A stretch of DNA of 64,000 nt from a virus. A model generated the notes under the pieces. The model saw nothing but the letters and a program-made list of their open reading frames with translations, had not been told where the DNA came from and did no database searches. Shown in pieces: positions 58,887 through 64,000 of the stretch. A program made the position numbers and the translations under genes. How positions within the stretch are numbered: the stretch's first letter is position 1; each line of letters starts with the position of its first letter. The stretch is taken from the IMG/VR virus record IMGVR_UViG_3300042402_003181; one strand, 5' to 3'.

Positions 58887-59483
58887 ATGTTTACAATACC
58901 AGATATCCATTCTGCGTTAGAACCATGCGTTTGCTGGTCAGGCGCATTTTCAGAAGAAGAACTTGATGCAATCATCGAACTAGGTGATGCTCAAGAATTT
59001 CATCAAGGCAAGACAGGCTCAGGCGACGGCATAGACGATATAGCTGTTCGAAACAGCAATATATCGTGGATACAGCCGGCGGAAGATACTGCTTGGTTGT
59101 TTAATAAAATGGTTGAAGTAGTTGCAAGAATGAATACCGATAAGTATCAATTTGATTTAACATCAATCGACGAGTTTCAATATACTACTTATACTACCGG
59201 AGGGTTTTATTCGTGGCACATTGACGGCATGGCAGAAGATACGTTTGGACCTAGACATAGAAAACTTGGTATTATTTTAGTGTTATCTGACCCTACTACT
59301 GAATTTGCAGGAGGTGAATTCCAGATTATCCCAGACGGCAATCCCGAACATGTAAATACAATAGAAATTAAGAAAGGAGATGTATTAGCATTTCCTGCAT
59401 TTGTTCCTCATCAAGTTGCAGAAGTTACTTCAGGTAAACGCAGAAGTTTAGTATGCTGGGTGCTTGGGCCAAAATTTAAATAA
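58887..59483 (+). CDS. 2OG-Fe(II) oxygenase (PKHD/prolyl-hydroxylase-like)
   Basis: HxD motif (FYSWHIDG), RKLGII, GGEF, distal His (PHQV) and the 2OG-binding RxS (KRRSLVCW). Confidence 0.9.
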   Translation: MFTIPDIHSALEPCVCWSGAFSEEELDAIIELGDAQEFHQGKTGSGDGIDDIAVRNSNISWIQPAEDTAWLFNKMVEVVARMNTDKYQFDLTSIDEFQYTTYTTGGFYSWHIDGMAEDTFGPRHRKLGIILVLSDPTTEFAGGEFQIIPDGNPEHVNTIEIKKGDVLAFPAFVPHQVAEVTSGKRRSLVCWVLGPKFK

Positions 59484-59494
59484 TCAAAGGATTT

Positions 59495-60214
59495 ATGTCA
59501 TTATTATCATTTTTTAAAGATCCTCTTATAGAGTTTTTAACTACCGAAGAATATTACGATATTCTAATACCCCCTGCACCTGCAAATAAATTTATACCTG
59601 ATTGGTATAAAGTAATTCCATCCCACAGCAAGAAAAATAGAGATGCAAAAGGTGGATTTGCAATGACTGCAAAGAAATGTTTACCAATGATTGATGCAAT
59701 GACTCACGGCTATATTATTCCGCTAGCAGGTGATGTACATATACGAACAAACGATGATGCAACTAGAATTGATATTACTGAAAACCATTATGTTAAACTT
59801 ACAGATGAACACAGCGAAGAACAAGTAGGACCGCAGTTCCCGTTTCCAGGTAGGCATTTAGTTAAATTTATAAATCATTTTGTTATAAAAACTCCTCCTG
59901 GCTATTCGTGTTTGTTTGTAGCACCAATTAATCATTTAGAAACTAGATTTCATACATTAGGTGCAGTTGTTGATACTGACAAATACGACAGAGAAATAAA
60001 TTTTCCAACATGCTGGTTAGCAGCTAATTATGACGATATATTACCTGCCGGTACACCTATTATACAATGCATTCCTTTTAAACGTAGTACAAGTATTAAT
60101 GAATGTGACGTTCGTCCATTTACAGATACAGAATTTAAAAAACGAGAAATTACTAGATTAAAACAAGACAATCAAAATAGTTATTATGTAAATAATCTTC
60201 GAGTAAAAAAATAA
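59495..60214 (+). CDS. Conserved phage protein of unknown function (paralogue A; possibly dUTPase-like beta-clip fold)
   Basis: KKCLPMIDAMTHGYIIP, KTPPGYSCLF..P and GTPIIQCIPFKR; the last motif resembles the dUTPase/dCTP-deaminase C-terminal strand. Confidence 0.65.
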   Translation: MSLLSFFKDPLIEFLTTEEYYDILIPPAPANKFIPDWYKVIPSHSKKNRDAKGGFAMTAKKCLPMIDAMTHGYIIPLAGDVHIRTNDDATRIDITENHYVKLTDEHSEEQVGPQFPFPGRHLVKFINHFVIKTPPGYSCLFVAPINHLETRFHTLGAVVDTDKYDREINFPTCWLAANYDDILPAGTPIIQCIPFKRSTSINECDVRPFTDTEFKKREITRLKQDNQNSYYVNNLRVKK

Positions 60215-60966
60215 TGTCGGTATTTTCAAAAATTAAATCATCAGTATCTGAAATGTTTAGTCCACAACCAATAATTAGGTTTAAGTGTTGTATTCCGGGA
60301 TATGAAATTGGACAACCAGTGAAACGTGCAATGGATGTAAAACCAGACTGGATGATCAAACAATTAAAAGACTCCGAAAAAAATAATACCCCTAAATTTT
60401 CGTCATGTCCGGGTATGCACGACTATTATAGAACAGGATATATTATTCCTGCATGGGAAGATTTTGAAATTGTAGTAAATGATAAAACTGCAAATATTAA
60501 AATTGGCATAACTGATCAAATAAGTTGTGCTCCTTTTGAAAGAATGGGATATAGTGTTCTTGCAGGCGCTGCTAATATTGATGAGAATATTAAACCACAT
60601 GCCCTAAAATTACCGTGCCCGTGGAAAGTATTTACTAAACCGGGATATTCTGCATTTGTTATGCCTGCGTTATATCATTCTCCATTTTTAAGAGATTTAT
60701 TTTTATATCCGGGAATAAACGATTATGATCATTACCATACAATTAATGTTATGTTTTCACCATTAAGAGAAATGCGTGTTAAAATATATGCAGGTACTCC
60801 AATGTTGCATGTTATTCCGTACAAACGAGAAGACATTACAGCCGAAGTTGGATTAATAAATCAGAAAGAGGCCGGGTTAGCTAACTTTACTTACCGAACA
60901 AAATCTCCCGGCTTTTATAGAAAATGGTTACACCAAAAGAAAACAACTGATATAACTTACCTTTAA
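60214..60966 (+). CDS. Conserved phage protein of unknown function (paralogue B)
   Basis: SCPGMHDYYRTGYIIP, FTKPGYSAFVMP and GTPMLHVIPYKR, the same motif set as 59495. It is coupled via TAATG. Confidence 0.65.
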   Translation: MSVFSKIKSSVSEMFSPQPIIRFKCCIPGYEIGQPVKRAMDVKPDWMIKQLKDSEKNNTPKFSSCPGMHDYYRTGYIIPAWEDFEIVVNDKTANIKIGITDQISCAPFERMGYSVLAGAANIDENIKPHALKLPCPWKVFTKPGYSAFVMPALYHSPFLRDLFLYPGINDYDHYHTINVMFSPLREMRVKIYAGTPMLHVIPYKREDITAEVGLINQKEAGLANFTYRTKSPGFYRKWLHQKKTTDITYL

Positions 60967-60991
60967 TCTTATAACCATACCTGACTAATTG

Positions 60992-60999
60992 TATAAATA
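60992..60999 (+). promoter_or_regulatory. Late promoter TATAAATA
   Basis: Exact T4 late consensus upstream of the next structural operon. Confidence 0.7.
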
Positions 61000-61066
61000 C
61001 TACAATATAGTTGGGTATCGGTCAAATTTGCAGATTGTATCAACCAACTCACAATCGGATAATATA

Positions 61067-61399
61067 ATGGCAACACTCTTAAAAAATAAACTTCTTGCTA
61101 ATATTGGTGCTACAGAAGCACTAATACTTACAACCGATTCTACCACAAGGGTTACGGTAATTGGATTAAGTTTAACAAATATTACTGATGCTATGGTTCT
61201 TGCATCTGTTCGTATTCTTGATACTACTACTTTAGATACTGCATACTACATAAAAAATGTAATTATACCACCTCATCAAAGTTTACGAGTTGTAAATGGA
61301 GGTGAGAAATTAGTGTTAAGTCAAGGTATGAGCGTGTACGTACAAACAAATACAGAATTAAGCATAGATCTCGTAATGAGCTATGTTGAACTTACATAA
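61067..61399 (+). CDS. Small virion structural protein (hypothetical)
   Basis: MATLLKNKLLANIG...; the likely start is ATG 61067, downstream of the late promoter. Confidence 0.7.
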   Translation: MATLLKNKLLANIGATEALILTTDSTTRVTVIGLSLTNITDAMVLASVRILDTTTLDTAYYIKNVIIPPHQSLRVVNGGEKLVLSQGMSVYVQTNTELSIDLVMSYVELT

Positions 61400-61410
61400 G
61401 GGAATAAACT

Positions 61411-61770
61411 ATGGCATATTATGTTGGCGGAGACATCGACCAAAGAGAATTATTAGGAACTAATTCTAGATATTTCTATGCATTACGCAGAACAGACGAC
61501 GGGGAATTATATTTTACCCGTGTAAATCAATTAACAGATAACGAAATTGTAGCAATCAATTATTCAGGTGCTATGGACGAAAACTACAACGAATTTGCAC
61601 AAGGTGTGGATTTTTTTGAAGGACGAGATGTACATCACGAATTAGTGTTTGATAATTTACAATATGAACAATACAGATGGGATGATTGCAACTTGTTTTA
61701 CTTTATTGATGACACTGGAAATTTAGTAGTAAGAATGTATTCGGCATATCAGTATCCAACCGGTATATAA
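61411..61770 (+). CDS. Hypothetical structural protein
   Basis: 119 aa with RYFYALRRTDDGELYF...YEQYRWDD..LFYFIDDTGNLVVR. SD AAGGGA. Confidence 0.7.
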   Translation: MAYYVGGDIDQRELLGTNSRYFYALRRTDDGELYFTRVNQLTDNEIVAINYSGAMDENYNEFAQGVDFFEGRDVHHELVFDNLQYEQYRWDDCNLFYFIDDTGNLVVRMYSAYQYPTGI

Positions 61771-61801
61771 CAAATGAATTTACATAATTATGAGGTAAAA
61801 A

Positions 61802-64000
61802 ATGGCTGAGTTTAAATTAGAAAGAATTAGATTTTCATGGGTAGGAGATTGGATAGCTGCTACTTTATTTAGAAAGGACGATATTGTCCGATACGGCGGC
61901 AAATCATATGTCTGTTTAGTTGGCCACACTTCAAGTTCTAATTTTTATACAGACCTTAACTACGTAGATACTGCATCAGAACCAGATATTCCTAAACCAA
62001 AATGGGTACTATGGTTTGACGGTTATGAATTTAGAAATAACTGGACTGGAAGCACGTTGTATAATTTAGGTGACATTGTTAGATACGGAAGTTTAATCTA
62101 TGTATGTAACGAATCACATACTAGTGATCCATTAGGATTAGAATACACATTAAGCAAATGGGTAATATACGCAATTGCTGAAAAATGGGGGAATGCGTGG
62201 CTACCATTAACTAACTATAAAGTTAATGATATTGTAAAAATATCAGGAAATTTATATCGGTGTAATACTACGCATGTGTCAGCATCTACTATTTCAACCG
62301 GTGTTACACCAGATATTGCTAAATGGGATGTTGTATCAACCTCAGAAAATTGGCAATCAAATTGGATACCCGGAGCACGATATGAAATTAATAGTACTGT
62401 TAGATATGGCGGTATTGTTTACTCTTGTGTTACCGGTCATGCTGCAGCTGCAACAGATGCGTTAGGTCTTGAAGCTGATATAGAAAAATGGACTGTTATT
62501 CATGCTGGTATTGATCATAAAGGTATTTTTGCATTAGCAGTTCGATATAAATTAAACGACACTGTAAAATATGGTGCAAATGTATGGATTTGTACAGCAG
62601 GCCATACTTCAGTTTCTACATTTGATCCAAATAACTGGGCAATTTATATCCCAGGTAACGAATATGTTGATCAATGGACTGATATTACACAATATGTTCC
62701 GGGAGATATTGTAAGATACGGCGGATATAGTTATACTTGTCTTAATCACAATCTTAATGTTATCCCATACGGTCATCTACTTGACTGGAGATTATTAACA
62801 ATTGGATTTAAAGTTGTTGGTAATTGGGATAATGTTACTACATTTAAAACTGGTGATCTTGTTCGTCGTAACGGTAGATTATATGTAGCAAATGCTAACA
62901 CTTCCTCGCAAGAACCCACAACTAATTCAGTGTGGACATTAGTTGTACCGGGGGACGAATGGCATAAAGTATGGGTAGTGTCAACAGCTTATGCAGTCGG
63001 TGACATTGTTGATTATGCATCTACATTGTACCGTTGCATTTTAGCGCATATTGCATTAAATTTAATCAAACCGTCAATTGATAACACTTATTGGGAACGA
63101 GTAATAGATGGTGATCCACGCAATCCATTAACATACGCAGGCGATACAGTTTCTTATAACTTAGATGAAAATATAAGAACAGGAATTGGCCAAACAAGTC
63201 AATTGTTTAAATCAGAAATATTACCATATTTTGGCGGTTTTGGAGAAATTGGTTACATATACTACGTATCACCATCAGGAGTTGATGATCCATCTTATGG
63301 TAAAACGTTAGATCTACCATTTAAGACTATTAAATATGCTTGTGATTTTGTTAAAGCTGGTACACAAAATCAAAATGCAAATTTTTTATTAACTTCAAAT
63401 AGAGCATGGGTACTTGCAGAGATGTATCAATGGATGTTATATCAAAAAGCTAATAATATTAGTCCATTTACTGTTAGTTCTGTAATTGATCAATCTAAAA
63501 CAATTCGAGATGCAAGTATTATCTTTAATGCATTATCTTATGATATATCTCGCGGCGGTAATAGCCAACTAGTTACTAATACATACGCATATTTTCAACC
63601 AGGTACTAATTTATTCTTTAATACAGACGTTGCAAATGACATGCCGTATATTATTGCAGCATTAACAAAAATGATATCATTGATTCAAGACGCAGTTTCA
63701 AACTCTGCACCTTTGCAAAGTTATCAATTGTTAAACGGAGTAACTGTTCCTGCATTACAAGTTATTAATCCATCATATCCTCCTGAACTAGGAATTAACA
63801 ACTTAATAACAACATTATCAAACATATTAATTAACGCACTAACTACACAAACAACTTCAAATATACCTAAAATTACCGGCGGGTTAGATGCAACTATTTT
63901 TATTAAAACTGGTACATATTATGAAAATACACCAATTATTGTTCCTGCTGATACTGCATTAGTAGGTGATGAACTTCATAGTACCATTGTACATCCGGCT
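61802..64000 (+). CDS. Large virion protein with tandem CBM5/12-like repeats (partial, >733 aa)
   Basis: Not in the ORF track because it runs off the right edge. ATG 61802 with SD GAGG. It has many W....Y..GDIVRYGG..Y.C...HTS repeats followed by a beta-helix entry (YYVSPSGVDD...PFKTIKYA; IKTGTYYENTPIIVPADTALVGDEL). Confidence 0.85.
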   Translation, partial: MAEFKLERIRFSWVGDWIAATLFRKDDIVRYGGKSYVCLVGHTSSSNFYTDLNYVDTASEPDIPKPKWVLWFDGYEFRNNWTGSTLYNLGDIVRYGSLIYVCNESHTSDPLGLEYTLSKWVIYAIAEKWGNAWLPLTNYKVNDIVKISGNLYRCNTTHVSASTISTGVTPDIAKWDVVSTSENWQSNWIPGARYEINSTVRYGGIVYSCVTGHAAAATDALGLEADIEKWTVIHAGIDHKGIFALAVRYKLNDTVKYGANVWICTAGHTSVSTFDPNNWAIYIPGNEYVDQWTDITQYVPGDIVRYGGYSYTCLNHNLNVIPYGHLLDWRLLTIGFKVVGNWDNVTTFKTGDLVRRNGRLYVANANTSSQEPTTNSVWTLVVPGDEWHKVWVVSTAYAVGDIVDYASTLYRCILAHIALNLIKPSIDNTYWERVIDGDPRNPLTYAGDTVSYNLDENIRTGIGQTSQLFKSEILPYFGGFGEIGYIYYVSPSGVDDPSYGKTLDLPFKTIKYACDFVKAGTQNQNANFLLTSNRAWVLAEMYQWMLYQKANNISPFTVSSVIDQSKTIRDASIIFNALSYDISRGGNSQLVTNTYAYFQPGTNLFFNTDVANDMPYIIAALTKMISLIQDAVSNSAPLQSYQLLNGVTVPALQVINPSYPPELGINNLITTLSNILINALTTQTTSNIPKITGGLDATIFIKTGTYYENTPIIVPADTALVGDELHSTIVHPA

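Noticed and set aside
4593-62465. Numerous short antisense or alternative-frame ORFs in the track (e.g. 24746-25396, 29795-30448, 45738-46130, 54200-54763)
   Set aside because: They are shadows of long genes with biased codon use or low complexity, and lack SD sequences, promoters and recognisable motifs.
1-64000. Stop-codon reassignment (alternative genetic code), as in some jumbo phages
   Set aside because: Core genes are full length in the standard code, and TAG (31166, 50022) and TGA (29324, 58877, 19777) terminate genes at their expected ends.

Overview
This 64-kb window is a slice of a large, AT-rich T4-like (myovirus, probably jumbo) dsDNA phage genome. From left to right it contains: (1) a minus-strand baseplate operon (a giant partial baseplate protein, gp6-, gp25-, gp5-, hub-, gp53- and gp48/54-like genes; 1-13260). 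(2) A plus-strand sigma70-driven block: late sigma factor gp55, gp47/gp46 (Mre11/Rad50-like), a GIY-YIG/NUMOD3 homing endonuclease and a Holliday-junction resolvase. (3) Two tandem His-Me-finger-like nuclease paralogues and RNase HI. (4) A ~690-bp non-coding region holding a ~400-nt candidate structured RNA, a 95%-AT tract and stacked hairpins. (5) A gp26-like gene with a clean -1 slippery site (U UUU UUC) leading into a start-less 77-codon frame, divergent from a tape-measure-like gene. (6) The head module (portal, core, protease, scaffold, major capsid). (7) About 30 kb of giant tail-fibre/adhesin genes, with a 2OG-Fe(II) oxygenase and two paralogues of unknown function embedded among them. 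A late-promoter motif (A/G/C)TAAATA precedes most structural operons. The most notable items are the candidate structured RNA or origin next to rnhA, the programmed frameshift resembling lambda G/GT tail-assembly chaperones, and the repeat-rich adhesin with its co-transcribed oxygenase cassette. All family assignments come from motifs read by eye; no searches were run.
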